Shown here: positions 1 to 12,724 of the stretch, in pieces | Position numbering within the stretch: position 1 is the first letter of the stretch | Layout of the letters: every line of letters starts with the position of its first letter | NCBI GenBank assembly: GCA_052327205.1 | Contig: CM126205.1 | Coordinates: forward strand, 280,984,001 to 281,048,000 | From: Somniosus microcephalus | Lineage: Eukaryota | Length of the DNA: 64,000 bases | Reading direction: 5' to 3' | Program-made: the position numbers and the translations under genes | Notes under the pieces: model-generated | Database searches by the model: none | What the model was told of the DNA's origin: nothing | Seen by the model: the letters and a program-made list of their open reading frames with translations, nothing else

Positions 1-7
1 AGGGAAG

Positions 8-101
8 CAGTCACTTAAGGTCATCGGCCTGAAACGTTAACTCTGTTTCTCTCGCCACAGATACTGCCTGACCTGTTGAGTATTTCCAGCATTTTCTGTT
101 T
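8..101 (+). mobile_element. Penelope-like pseudo-LTR fragment (same family as 3061-3160)
   Basis: Near match to 3070-3160 (tgaaacgttaactctgtttctctc..cacagat.ctgcctgacctg.tgagtatttccagcattttctg); hammerhead core truncated. Confidence 0.65.
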
Positions 102-218
102 GTTTGATGAAGTGCTTTTACAGTATTACGGTATGTTACTGATGGACAGACTGTAACTAGAAATCATTTCAATTTTACTCGAAATAGGGAGGAATACAAA
201 TCCTTAATATGTGGTATT

Positions 219-983
219 GGCCCAGAATTTGCCAGTCAACGAACGGCATCCAGCGTTAATTTGACTTGCCCTTGCCCGTTTAATCTCCATGATATTTTGC
301 GCTGCAAGTTGCTGTAAGTGGGAGAGGGAAATGCTGCAGCGCCCTCTACAGGGCACCTGGGATATGAGTGAACAGGGAAAGCAGCTGTGTATCTTCTTAA
401 CCAATCAGATTGAAGGAGTGTGTAATTAACAGTGCAGGGACTGAGAAAAAAGTGTAAGTTAGAATGGTGAATTCAATGTCAAATCAGGTACAGAAAGAGA
501 AATAAAGAGGGAAAGAAAGATGGGATTAAGAGAGAGGAAAAAGAGACAGAAAGAAAAAGTTAAAAAGGAGTCATTTTAATTTTTTTAATTAAATCTCCAA
601 CAATAATTAAAACCTGAAGGAATGAGACTCCACACCTGTTATTGTAAATTTTCAGTGCCAGAGAGGTTGACTGGCAGTAATTAACACTTGTCACGTCATT
701 AAAAGGGTACTTAGACTTGAAATGATCTGACTTAACTTTCTGTGGCGAGTTTACTTCGTATCTACAGTGCGAGAACAGGAACTTCACGCTGCCCAAGGCA
801 TTTGAGTGGGGAGCCAATTGGTGAAATGCCATTTTCGTGAAGCTAATGGCGGAACGGCGCATCTCCAACAGCAACTTTTCGATTTCCGCGTTTAATCGCG
901 CATCTACCCTCACCTGGCATTTGCGCATAAATAACGGTGAGCGCTATTAGCCTCACCATTATTTTGACAGCAAATTTTGGGTC
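219..983. mobile_element. Non-autonomous Harbinger-type MITE
   Basis: Terminal inverted repeats GGCCCAGAATTTGC / GCAAATTTTGGGTC; 3-bp TSD ATT (216-218, 984-986); homologous copy at 18153-18921. Confidence 0.8.
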
Positions 984-2126
984 ATTATTTAAAGTATGTT
1001 CAAGTGCTATAAAATCTTGCTCAACTAAGTATGAGGGAAGAATCTTTTGTGTTGGGAGGGGAGGGAGAATAGTCAAGACCCTCTGTAAATAATGGAACTT
1101 GGAGGTGTAGTAAGAACTTTTCAGAATCTCTCGTTGTCAAATTAAATACGATTATGTTACTGATGTAATACCTTTCATACTAGAGTTTTGTATAATTTAC
1201 TTCATAACCTAGGCAGGGTATAAGGCAATTGTTGCACTTATTTAACACTCATATTCTATACAGTTAATTTTTCAGCTAAGTTTATAACATGATTACCTTA
1301 GCTACAGATATTTTCCACAGTTATAAGTCAATCATAACATGCACATTTACTCTTATTGTCTAAGACAAATGAATTTAAGAAAGAAAAATACAAAGCTACA
1401 GATTTATGACATTCATAGAATTTCACATCTTGAAATTTAATCTCAGCTGTCTGGAAAACTTCCATAGGAATGCTAAGTAACCCAGATCTCTTAAGTTCCG
1501 GACCATTTTACTACTTGGTCATGTATTATAACAATGAACAAAAGTCTTCTTGTTTAAAAGCAGTGCTGATGATAAAACAATGAATCATTTCATAGTTAAC
1601 ATCCTATCTCAGGTTATTTATTTACCATCCTACCCTTTAGATGCAATAGAAGTGTTTTTTTTTAAATAAATATTTCATCTAACACAGTTTCTCCCCTGTG
1701 GGAAAAATGTCACCAATTTTTAAATTAGGTAGTTAAAACCTTTAACAAAAATAGAATCACAGAATTATACAGCGCAGAAGGACATCATGCCTTTGTTGGC
1801 TCTTTGGTGGAGCTATCCAATTAATCCCGCTACCTCGCTCTTTCCACATAACCCTGTAATTGTTTTCCCTTCAAGTATTTATTCAATTCTCTTTTGAATG
1901 TTACTATTGAATCTGTTTCCACCACCCTTTCAGGCAGTGCATTCCAGATCACAACAACTCGCTGTGTAAAAAAATGTTTTCTCATGGTGCCTCTGCTTCT
2001 TTTGCCAATCACCTTGAATCTGTGTCCTCTGGTTACTGACCCTTCTGCCACTGGAAACAGTTTCTCATTATTTACTCTTATCAAAATCCTTCATGATTTT
2101 GAAAACCTCTATCAAACCTCCTCTTA

Positions 2127-3160
2127 GCCCTCTCTCCCGGAACCACGATAGGGTTCCCCTTGTCCTCACCTTTCACCCCACGAGCCTCCACATTCAACGG
2201 ATCATCCTTCACCATTTCCGCCACCTCCAGCGCGATCCCACCACCAAACACATCTTCCCCTCACCTCCCCTTTCAGCATTCCGAAGGGACCGCTCCCTCC
2301 GCGACACCCTAGTCCACTCCTCTATCACCCCCAATACCCCTTCCCCTTAGCCCAGCACCTTCCCATGCAAGCGCAGGAGATGCAACACATGCCTTTTTAC
2401 CTCCACCGTTCCCACTGTCCAGGGCCCCAAACACTCCTTCCAGGTGAAACAGCGATTTACTTGTACTTCTTGCAATTTAGTATACTGTATTCGTTGCTCA
2501 TGATGCGGTTTCCTCTACATTGGGGAGACCAAACGCAGATTGGGTGACCGCTTTGCGGAACACCTCCGTTCAGTCCGTAAGGGTGACCCCGAGCTTCCGG
2601 TTGCCTGTCACTTTAATTCTCCGCTCCACTCCCACTCCGACCTCACCCTCTTACACTGTTCCAATGAAGCTCAACGTAAGCTCGAGGAACAGCACCTCAT
2701 CTTTCCATTAGGCACTTTACAGACTTCTGGACTCAACATAGAGTTCAACAATTTCAGACCATAACCTCTGTCCCTATCCTTTTTTTCCATTAATTTTATT
2801 ATTTATTTATTTATTTATTTATTTATTCTCTCTCCCACATGGCAGCTGTCTTTCATTCTGCCAGTGCCATTTACACTTCATCTAGAGCCATCTTTTGTTT
2901 CTTAACTTGTCCCATTACCATCTCCTTTTGCCTTGCACCATCTCTTAATCTCTCCTGCCTTCCATCCTATCACAGACCTTCCCTTTTGTTCTTTCCTCCC
3001 CTCTCCCCTTTCCCTGCCCCTGCACTTGCTTAAAAACCTGTTCGATCTCCAACTTTTTCCAGTTTTGACAAAGGGTCACCAACTTGAAACGTTAACTCTG
3101 TTTCTCTCTCCACAGATGCTGCCTGACCTGCTGAGTATTTCCAGCATTTTCTGTTTTTAT
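2127..3160 (+). mobile_element. Penelope-like element, 5'-truncated (GIY-YIG endonuclease end plus pLTR)
   Basis: RVPLVLTFHP..., VYCIRC..LYIGETKRRLGDRFAEH GIY-YIG motif with stop codons; TSD TCCTCTTA (2119-2126, 3161-3168). Confidence 0.85.
3061..3097 (+). ncRNA. Degenerate minimal hammerhead ribozyme in the pLTR (probably inactive)
   Basis: AGTT-ttgacaa-agggtcaccaactt-GAAACGTT-AACT: stem I AGTT/AACT and palindromic stem III AACGTT retained, but core CTGAYGA is mutated to TTGACAA. Confidence 0.5.
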
Positions 3161-4141
3161 TCCTCTTAACCTTTTCTGCTCTAAGGAGAACAACTCCAGT
3201 TTCTCCAGCCTCTCCACATAACTGAAGTCCCTCATCCCTGGTACCATTCTAATAAATCTCTTCTGCACCCTTTCCAAGGTCTTGACATCCTTCCTAAAGT
3301 GTGGTGGCCAGAATTGAACATAATACTCCAGCTGAGGTCTAACTAGTGTTTTACAAAGGTTTAGCATCACTTCCTTGCTTTTTAGCAGTCAAATGGAAAA
3401 GAAAGATTAGCAACCTTGTCCTTGTTCTTATAAGAAACATTGTCCACACACTAGTGGGAAAAATCACTTTGCAGCACTGGCTGGAAAAAAATCACAAAGG
3501 AGCAATTTTCCTTTAAGATGTTTAGTGCTGTACTAATGTCATGGAGCTGAAAAAGTCTCAAGTGATGCTTCCCACTCAGGCAATATATAAGAGCAGACCC
3601 CACCCTGGAACATCTGTCTGTTTTTGCCTTAAGGAATTTTCTGGGGTGGGGGGGGAAATCCATTATTTGTAATCCTGAGGCCTGTGGGGCAGCCAGCTGA
3701 AAACAGGACATAGAAGATTAGAAGATGCTCCTTAGAAGTAAAAAGAAGACCCTGTAAGGTAGGTAATTTTCTTCACACTACTAGAGATTGACCAAGTAGT
3801 AGGAGCAGGCTGGTGCTAGTGGGAATCAGACTTCAACAGCCAGGGCGGACCTGCTACATGATGGAGGGGATTTTAACTCGGGTGCGGGATGGTGTCGTGT
3901 TATCCGAATTTCGTGTTTCCCACACGAATCTAAATGGATGTGGGAGATTGAGGCAATTTTAACTTAATTGGCCAATTGATTTCCAACGTGTGGGAAGCCT
4001 TTGCAAATGGGTTTTTCATGACTGAAAGTCCCCTCCGATGACATCATAATTGCTGCTGCATTTAAGGTCCACAGCAAGCCTTGCTTCTTCTGCAGACTGC
4101 TAAGCCAATTGACTTTGCAGTGTGAGGGAGCTGCAGCAAAT

Positions 4142-6108
4142 ATGACAAGCGGGAGGGCCAGATCAGCTCCTCGCTTTGACGAGGTGGCACTGCAGGCATT
4201 AGTGGATGGGGCTAGGGCCAACAGGGAGGTGCTCTTCCTTTCATCAGGGAGGAAGAGGCCTCCAACTCAGACCAAGGCAGTGTGGGTGCAGGTGGCTGAG
4301 GAGGTCAACTCCTTGGGAGTCACCCGCAGAACCTGGATACAGTGCAGGAAAAGATTTCATGACCTTCAGTGCACTGGAAAAGTGAGTATGAATTTCCCAT
4401 CACCCTCAATCTGATCCACATTGCCTTTCCTCACCAGCACTCAGCTTTAGCAATCTCTTCCTCCACATCCCACTTGACACTCACATCCATGCACTCTTAC
4501 CCATTCCCTCTCTCTCTCTGCTCACATTCACATAACTATGCCACCATGCAGCCCTCACACTCCCTATCACTCTGATGCTTTGAACACAACTGACAACACA
4601 CAGGGAGGGCCCTTGGTCTTGCAACCTCACTCCATCTTTGTCTCCTTCTAAGTATCTATGCTATGCAATCTCTACACTCACTCCTTCATTCTCACTCAAC
4701 CTCCACTTGTCTCCTTCATTGCAGGAAAAGAGAGCGAGCCAGGACAGGAGGAGGGACAGCCTCAATAGCCCACCTGACCCCCTGGGAGGAGGCCGTCCTG
4801 GAAATTATGGGAATAGAGGATGATTCGCGCATGGGGGACGGACAGACGGGTGTAACACAGCAAACTGGTGACAGAAAAGTTTCCCATCTCTCTCTTTGGC
4901 ATTGCATGAGTCACTGATAATGATTGTGAAGCTGTAATAGATGGACTTATGAGCATCTGCAAAAAGCTATCTGCATGCAGCCTTTGCATCACATCTCTGA
5001 CTCTTTCCTTTACTCCCCCACAGGACCACCACAAGCATCCATCCCCCCTAGCCAGGAAGAAGAGGCTGAGCAGCCAGACTCCTCAGAGGAAGCTGCAACC
5101 TCTGAGGGCGCAGCGTCACCAAAATTCAGCGCACCCAGCACCAGCGCAGACACTCCCACCTCGGTGGGACTTTCGGGACATAGAGTAGTGTTGTCAACTG
5201 GTGTATCACAGCTCTCAAGTGAGCATCAGCAAATTGTGGAGACAGGAACAGCAGTGGAGAGTCCTAGTTGGAGGGCACAGGACTCTGCCAGCTTGGCTTA
5301 GCAGCATGTCGACCCTCTGCCTCTGGGTCCATCCATAAGATCAGAGGTGATGGAACTCCAGGCACAGATGCAGGAGTCTCTGGCAGGTTTTGTCTCAAGG
5401 GTCACTGCGAGTGTGGAGCGAATGGAGGAGTCCATAGCAAACATGAGCAGAGCCTTTGTGGAGTCATTGGCGCATGAACGCATCACCACGGAAAGGATGG
5501 CTACCTCCGTGGTAAGGCTGGCTACCGTAGAGAGGATGGCTACGGCAGAGGAGAGGATGGCTACGGCCATGGAGGAGCTTAGTTGCCAGGGTATGGAAAA
5601 CATGGTCATTGTTCAGAATAGAATGACATCTCTTGAGGAGCGATGGGCATCTATTGAACAGAGAAGCCAGACCTTCATGGGAGTCCTTCGGAGTAGGACT
5701 GCCATTGCAGATACGGGTCCCCATGGCCCCCCTGATGTGCAGCAAGGTGCTCTCCAGCCACTTGCAGGTGCTGAGGGGGACCTGACCCATAAGAGGGAGG
5801 CTGGTGACAGATCTCAAGGAAGTGGGTACTCCTCTCCAAGCGCTCTCACTTCCATGCCACTGCAGAGCCCTCGGTCAGAGCCCCACCGGAGTCCACACCC
5901 AAGTGAGATAGACGTCTCAACCCCTGCACAGCCGCAGGAGCAGCAGACTGTTGACGAGCCCTCACAGGCTCGCAACCCCAGAGGACGCCCGCCAAAGGTG
6001 TTGAGACAGGAGCAGCAGGAAAGTGAGCAAGGGGCCTCCACATCCGCTGAAGCCACAGGGGAGGCACCACGTAGGAGCACGCGTAAGAGGAAAATTCTGC
6101 ACAAATAG
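4142..6108 (+). pseudogene. Harbinger Myb/SANT-like DNA-binding protein gene (exons approx. 4142-4381, 4725-4867, 5024-6108), disabled
   Basis: APRFDEVAL..W..VAEEVNS....RTWIQCRKRFHDL trihelix; GT/AG sites; frameshifting deletion at the start of exon 2; in-frame TAG at 5299-5301. Confidence 0.8.
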
Positions 6109-6365
6109 TCACAAGGGTAGTCACTTAGGTGCAATTTTTTGTTTATTGTAAAAATGCCATCACATCGTCACTGAACATAAAAATTCTGATGGCAAATGTT
6201 GCAGTTGTGGCATCTGTCATTTCGCTATTGGGACTTCCACATTGAGGCCTTAGGAATACTTGCAACTGTCAGTATGGTGGTCAGAGAGATAGGAATCCTC
6301 TGGTTCTTGGCCATTGTCAAAGCTCTGGTAAGAAGCAGTGAGGTAAAAGTGTTTGATTGACTAGG

Positions 6366-7595
6366 CTAAGCAAATCTGGCCAGGATGAGTGCGTTCCTTG
6401 CATCCCGGGCAGCAATGTTCTCGCGTAATGCTGCCGCTGGTTGATGGGCCTCTGCAGGATGTTCGTTTTTGCACTCCTCCTCCTCCTCCTCATCTGAGGA
6501 GGATATGTGAGGAGCCAGTTGGTCCTCAGGAATCTGCAAGCTACGACGCTGTGCCATGTTATGAAGTGCACAGCAAACGACGACGATTCTGGAGACCCTG
6601 GCTGCTGAGTACTGTAGGGCTCCACCTGATCTATCCAGGCATCTGAAGCGCATCTTCAGCAAACCGATAGTATGCTCGATAATGGATCTGGTGGAAATGT
6701 GGCTGGAGTTGTAGCGCTCCTCAGCTTCATTGGCTGGCCTCCTCAACGGCGTCATTAGCCATGTCCTCAGGGGATAGCCCTTATCTCCAAGTAGCCATCC
6801 GTTAAGTTGGTCTGGTGGACTGAATAGCGGAGGCACACTAGACTGGCGCAGTATGAAGGAGTCATGGCAACTGCCAGAGTACATGGCACAAACATGCAAA
6901 ATTTCCTTCTTGTGGTCACACACCAGCTGAACGTTGAGGGAGTGGAAGCCCTTGCTGTTGACAAAAATACCTGGATTGCGATGGGGTGCCCTAAGGGCCA
7001 CATGTGTGCAGTCAACAACGCCCTGCACCCTTGGAAAGCCTGCCAGATTAGCTAATCCAACCGCTCACGCCGTGACACTTGCTCGATCCTTGGTGAAATG
7101 GATGTGATTGTGCGCGAGGGCAAAGAGGGCAATGGTTACCTGCATGATGCAAGTGTGTGCGGATGCCTGGGAGATGCCGCTGATGTTTGCTACTGATCCC
7201 TGGAATGAGCCTGAGGCAAAAAAGTTGATTGCGGTGGTGACTTTGATGGTCACTGGTAATGCTTGTCCACCTGGTCCTCTGGGCAGCAGGTCTTGCTGTA
7301 GCATTGCGCAGATGTCAGTCACTACCTCTCGCGAAAGTCGGAGCCGCCTTTGGCACTGCTGCTCAGACATGTTGAGGTAGCTGACCCTGCGTCTGTAGAC
7401 CCTGTTTGGGGGGTATCTCCTGTGCCGACGGGCTACCAGGCACTGGCCCCTTCTGGCCTGTGCAGCTTCAGGTGGGTGAGCAGCAGCCTGGTGCTCCTGC
7501 TGCTGCTGCAGCTGTTGTTCCTGGTTCTGCTGCTGCCGCGGCTGGTGCTCGAGCTCCTCTAATGCCCAGATGGGAAGGAAATAAATGGCTCCCAT
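6366..7595 (-). pseudogene. Harbinger DDE transposase (HARBI1-family), single nonsense codon at 7065-7067
   Basis: [23 protein letters not shown] motifs; ORFs 7065-7595 and 6366-7028 are in one frame, separated only by a TGA (likely CGA decay); poly-Q N-terminus. Confidence 0.9.
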
Positions 7596-8246
7596 GCTTC
7601 TGGTATATGCCTCCGTTGAGGAGGCACTGAGTGAAGGTGGCGAGAGGTGTTTCCCAGGAGGTCACACTGGAGATGGGTGCGAGGCTCCAACCTTCCACAG
7701 GTGTGGTTAAGCCTTCTAAAAGTTGCCCCAGACCTGAGACCACTAAGTCCTGCCACCTGCAAATCATGGCTGATCAAATCTCCTCTTTAATGGTTGACCT
7801 GCAGTTGATAGTCAGCAATCCAATAGTGCTCCCGCCAGGTTTCACATTCATGTTTCTCACCAGGCGTGTTTCATGTGGGAAAAGGGTTAAATTCGCAAGG
7901 GCCTTTCAAAATAGGATTATACAGGCCATTTAGTGGTTGTTAAGGGCCTTAACGACCAGTCCCGCCAGTTGGAAGCGGGACGGAGCTGGGACCATCAGAC
8001 ACGACTGAGTTAAAATTGTTCGGAGTCGGGAACCAGGCCAGGGGGTGGGGGGGTCCCGCCCACCAGTTTTTGCGATTTTAAACCCCCGCACGCCTCCAAG
8101 CCCACCTCCACAGGTCAATGAAAATCGAGGCCGATGTGTCTTCAATGGCACCTTACTTTAATGTGGAGATGCCGGTATTGGACTGGGGTGGACAAATGTA
8201 GGAGGTCACACAACACCAGGTTATAGTCCAACAGCTTTATTTGAAA

Positions 8247-8283
8247 TCACAAGCTTTCGGAGTGCTGCTCCTTCGTCAGGTGA
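8247..8283 (-). ncRNA. Minimal type I hammerhead ribozyme (inverted pLTR copy)
   Basis: Minus strand TCAC-CTGACGA-A-GGAG-cagca-CTCC-GAAAGCTT-GTGA: intact core, stems I and II, palindromic stem III. Confidence 0.75.
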
Positions 8284-9696
8284 AGTGAAGAGAAGCATAC
8301 AGGCTACAGGCACCGCATATATGTCCACCCCAGTCCAACACTGGCATCTCCACATCATGGCTACTATCGACACCACAAACTGCCGGCTCAAAGTGGAGAG
8401 GATCTCCAAGAAGATCGCGCATGTAGACACAGACATCAAGTTTCTACAGAGATGCAAGAAAGCAGACAAGATCCCGAAAGGACTACAGATCACGAACCCA
8501 CTCAAATCGACCTACAACACAGACTACGCTGAGAGACTTTGCCGTCGTACCTCTCGCACACTCCTCAACCATCTCGTACACCAGCTCTACAGCAGACGCC
8601 GCAACCTCGAAACCAAGATAGAATCCATGTTCTCAGCTTGTGCTCAGGACACAGCAGACCAGCTATGAGACACCGCCAAGCAGACGAGGCAACGGAACTA
8701 CACTGCCTACATGCACACCAAGAACAGGAAGCTTGAGAAACTCGGCATCACCACCAGCAGCAACCAAGCCTCCCCCGGTACCACGGCTGGAACCACAGGG
8801 AAGTCCATCGTCAACTTGTCCAACCACACCCTTCAACCAGACGAAATCGAAGTTCTCAGCCGAGGGCTCAATTTCTGCCCCACCACCAAAATGGACCCCA
8901 TCGGCCTCGCGGCAGACACAAAGGAATTCATCAGGAGAATGAGGCTCCGGGAATTCTTCCACAAATCCCAAGATGTCAGCAGCGAACCCAATGAGACAAT
9001 CAATGATCCGGAACAGCAGACAGAGGGATCCGCGGTGCAGCAACCGAAGAAGAAACAGTCAAATTGGACCCCTCCGGAGGGCCGCTGCCCTAAGCTTGAC
9101 ATGTATGCTCAAGCTGTCAGGAGATGCATCAACGCCAGATTCATCAGCCGCACTCACAAGGCAGACCAGAATGTCACCCAAGCACAATGCAACGCCATCC
9201 ACGCTCTCAAGACCAACCGCACCATCGTCATCAAATCAGCAGACAAAGGAGGAGCCATCATCACACAGAACAGAATGGACTATTGCAAAGAAGCATACCG
9301 ACAATTGGAAAACCAGGAACATTACAGACAGTTACCTGCAGATCCGACCAAAGAACACACCCGCCAACTCAACAGACTGATCAAGACCTTCGATCCAGAC
9401 CTTCAGAGCATCCTACGCACTCTCATCCCACGTACTCCACGCGTGGGAGACTTCTACTGCCTCCCAAAGATACAGAAAGCCAACACACCCGGACGTCCTA
9501 TCGTATCAGGCAACGGAACCCTGTGTGAGAACCTCTCTGGATACATCGAGGGCATCCTGAAACCCATCGTACAGGGAACCCCCAGCTTCTGTCGCGACAC
9601 TACAGACTTCTTACAGAAACTCAGCACCCACGGACCAGTTGAACCAGGAACACTCCTCGCCATGATGGACGTCTCAGCACTCTGACCAGTATCCCC

Positions 9697-12600
9697 TGAT
9701 ATGCCTATCAATTAGTCCAATAAAAGGCGACGAGTTAAGAACGTAACTGAAGGTTTTTATTGGCTAAATAACAGAGCCCACCCTCGTGGGTGATCCGATC
9801 CAACAGGGAGGAATACTAGCCAGTCAGCTACCTTTATACCTGGGCAGGTAATGGGCGGAGTCGGAGGTGGTCAGCCCAGGTATAACAGTGCGACAAGAGG
9901 CGACCTCGTGTAGTGATGTGACAGTGAGAACAGTGAGAACAATATACAGTGATAACTATAACAGTGGTTTACCACATTCACCCCTTGTTTAGATTAGAGT
10001 CCGGCGGGGTGAAGTGTATTACCAGCTCTGGTATGTCAGTCTGTTCAGAGGCTTCGTTAGCCTCTCCGATCGTCGCAGCGGCGGTGTTACATTATCCGGT
10101 GTTAAAGCTGGTGTCTGCGTAGTCGGCAAAGGCTCGTGGGGTTCCGGCATGCCGTCTACCTCGGCTGGACTCGGGGGGTTGGGAGGGGGGGGTGAGGGTG
10201 CGAGGTCTCGTAAGGAGACAGTGTCCTCCCGTCCGTCTGGGTAAGCCACATAGGCGTACTGGGGGTTGGCGTGCAGGAGGTTCACCTTCTCGACCAGGGG
10301 GTCCGTTTTATGGGCCCTCACGTGCTTTCGCAGCAAGACGGGTCCCGGAGAGGTCAGCCAGGTTGGTAGGGTGGTTCCCGTAGTCGACTTCCTGGGGAAG
10401 ACAAACATTCGAGCATGGGGGGTGGTGTTAATGGCAGTGCAAAGTAGTGACCGGATGGAGTGCAGCGCAATCGGGAGGACCTCTTGCCAGCGGGAGGTTG
10501 GGAGGCCCTTAGACTTTAAGGCTAAGAGGGTGGCCTTCCATACCGTCGCGTTCTCTCTTTCCACCTGGCCGTTCCCTCGGGGGTTGTAGCTGGTGGTCCT
10601 GCTTGCTGCAATACCCCTCTCCAATAGGAACTGACGGAGTTCCTCGCTCATGAAGGAGGCGCCCCGGTCACTATGTATATAGTTCGGGAACCCGAACAAG
10701 GCGAAGAGTTTGTTCAGGCATTTAATGACCGTGTTACTGGTCATGTCTGGGCAGGGGAAGGCAAAGGGGAAACGGGAGTACTCATCAACGATGTTGAGGA
10801 AGTACACATTACGGTCGGATGACGGTAGGGGCCCCTTGAAGTCGATGCTCAGACGCTCGAAGGGGCGGGTGGCCTCGATCAGGCTTGCTCTGTCCGGCTT
10901 ATAGAAGTGCGGTTTGCACTCAGCACAGATCTGGCAGTTCCTGGTCATGGTCCTGACCTCCTCGATGGAGTATGGCAGGTTGCGGGCCTTAATGAAATGG
11001 TAGAGTCTGGTGACTCCGGGGTGGCAGAGGTCATTGTGGAGGGTCTGAAGTCTATCACTTTGCGCGCTGGCGCATGTAATGCGTGAAAGAGCATCAGGGG
11101 GGTCGTTCAGTTTACCGGGCCGGTACAAGATCTCATAATCATAGGTGGAAAGCTCGATTCTCCACCTCAAGATTTTGTCGTTCTTGATCTTGCCCCTCAG
11201 CTTGTTATTAAACATGAAGGCAACCGAGCGTTGGTCGGTGAGGAGGGTAAATCGTTTGCCTGCCAAGTAGTGCCTCCAGCGCCGTACTGCCTCCACAATT
11301 GCCTGGGCTTCCTTCTCGACCGACGAGTGTCGGGTCTCGGGGCCCTGTAGGGTCCTTGAGAAGAAGGCTACCGGCCTACCCTCCTGGTTAAGGGTAGCGG
11401 CTAGGGCGAAGTCGGATGCATCGCTCTCCACTTGGAAGGGGATTGACTCATCCACTGCGTGCATTGTGGCCTTGGCTATGTCTCCCTTAATGAGGGAGAA
11501 GGCCGCGCACGCCTCTTCCGTGAGGGGGAAGGATGTGGTTTTCAGGAGGGGTCTGGCTTTGTCCGCATAATTGGGTACCCATTGGGCATAGTAGGCGAAA
11601 AGCCCCAGGGTTCTCCTAAGTGCTTTTGGACAGTGGGGGAGGGGTAGCTCCATGAGGGGGCGCATTCTTTCGGGGTCGGGGCCGATGACTCCGTTCTCTA
11701 CTACACAGCCAAGGATGGCAAGGCGCGCTGTGTTAAACACGCATTTCTCCTTATTGTAGGTGAGGTTCAGCCGTTGGGCCGTACGGAGGAATTTCTCCAG
11801 ATTCATGTCATGGTCCTGCCGGTTGCGGCCGCAGATGGTGACGTTATCGAGATAGGGGAAAGTGGCCTGTAGTCCGTTCTGGTCAACCATCCGGTCCATC
11901 TCGCGTTGGAAAACCGAGACCCCGTTGGTGACACCAAAGGGGACCCTAAGGAATTGGTAGAGGCGGCCATTCGCCTCGAAGGCGGTGTACTGGCTGTCCT
12001 CCGGGCTGATGGGGAGTTGGTGGTAGGCCGACTTGAGGTCGATGGTCGAGAATACGCGGTATTGTGCAATCTCATTGACCATGTCCGATATGCGGGGGAG
12101 GGGGTATGCGTCCAGCTGGGTGTATCTGTTTATGGTCTGGCTGTAGACGATAACCAGGCGATTTTTGTCGCCGGTCTTGACTACCACCACCTGGGCACGC
12201 CAGGGGCTGCTGCTCCCCTCAATAATGCCCTCTTTCAGGAGTCGCTGCACCTCAGAGCTAATGAAGGCTCTGTCCCCAGCGCTGTACCGCCTGCTCTTAG
12301 TAGCGACAGGTTTGCAGTCGGGGGTGAGGTTAGCGAACAGGGAAGGTGGCGGTACCTTGAGGGTGGATAGGCTGCAGGTGTTACGCGGTGGGCGGTTTAA
12401 CTTTCGCTGGTTGTCGACTGTGAGTGGGGGGAGGGGTCCACCGTATGCTAGGGTATCAATTAGTCCAATAAAAGGCGACGAGTTAAGAACGTAACTGAAG
12501 GTTTTTATTGGCTAAATAACAGAGCCCACCCTCGTGGGTGATCCGATCCAACAGGGAGGAATACTAGCCAGTCAGCTACCTTTATACCTGGGCAGGTAAT

Positions 12601-12724
12601 GGGCGGAGTCGGAGGTGGTCAGCCCAGGTATAACAGTGCGACAAGAGGCGACCTCGTGTAGTGATGTGACAGTGAGAACAGTGAGAACAATATACAGTGA
12701 TAACTATAACAGTGGTTTACCACA
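9697..12724 (-). mobile_element. Gypsy LTR retrotransposon, gag-protease deleted (same family as 41744-46427)
   Basis: TG...CA ends; TSD TCCCC (9692-9696, 12725-12729); 3' LTR 9697-9976; 5' LTR remnant 12454-12724; PPT at 9977-9989. Confidence 0.93.
10019..12453 (-). pseudogene. Gypsy pol remnant (RT-RNase H-integrase), open but lacking gag and protease
   Basis: 743-aa ORF with FSTIDLKSAYHQ, YLDN, ESDAS, HHCC zinc finger and DDE; fused to the LTR at approx. 12454. Confidence 0.88.

Larger units (their letters stand above)
1751..3385 (-). mobile_element. CR1 LINE 3' fragment, split by a Penelope insertion (pieces 1751-2126 and 3161-3385)
   Basis: ORF2 C-terminal peptides LVRPQLEYYVQFW..., TRGHRFKV...FFTQRVV..WNALP; microsatellite tail near 1751; sequence is continuous across the insertion. 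Confidence 0.9.
3863..8132. mobile_element. Harbinger (PIF/Harbinger) DNA transposon H1, two convergent genes
   Basis: Ends GGAGGGGATTTT / AAAATCGAGGCC with TSD GAT (3860-3862, 8133-8135); Myb/SANT gene on +, DDE transposase on -. Confidence 0.88.

Noticed and set aside
6366-7595. Host genes HARBI1 / NAIF1 / MSANTD
   Set aside because: The ORFs sit inside TIR- and TSD-bounded multi-copy elements and most carry lesions, so they are transposon genes and no symbol is assigned.
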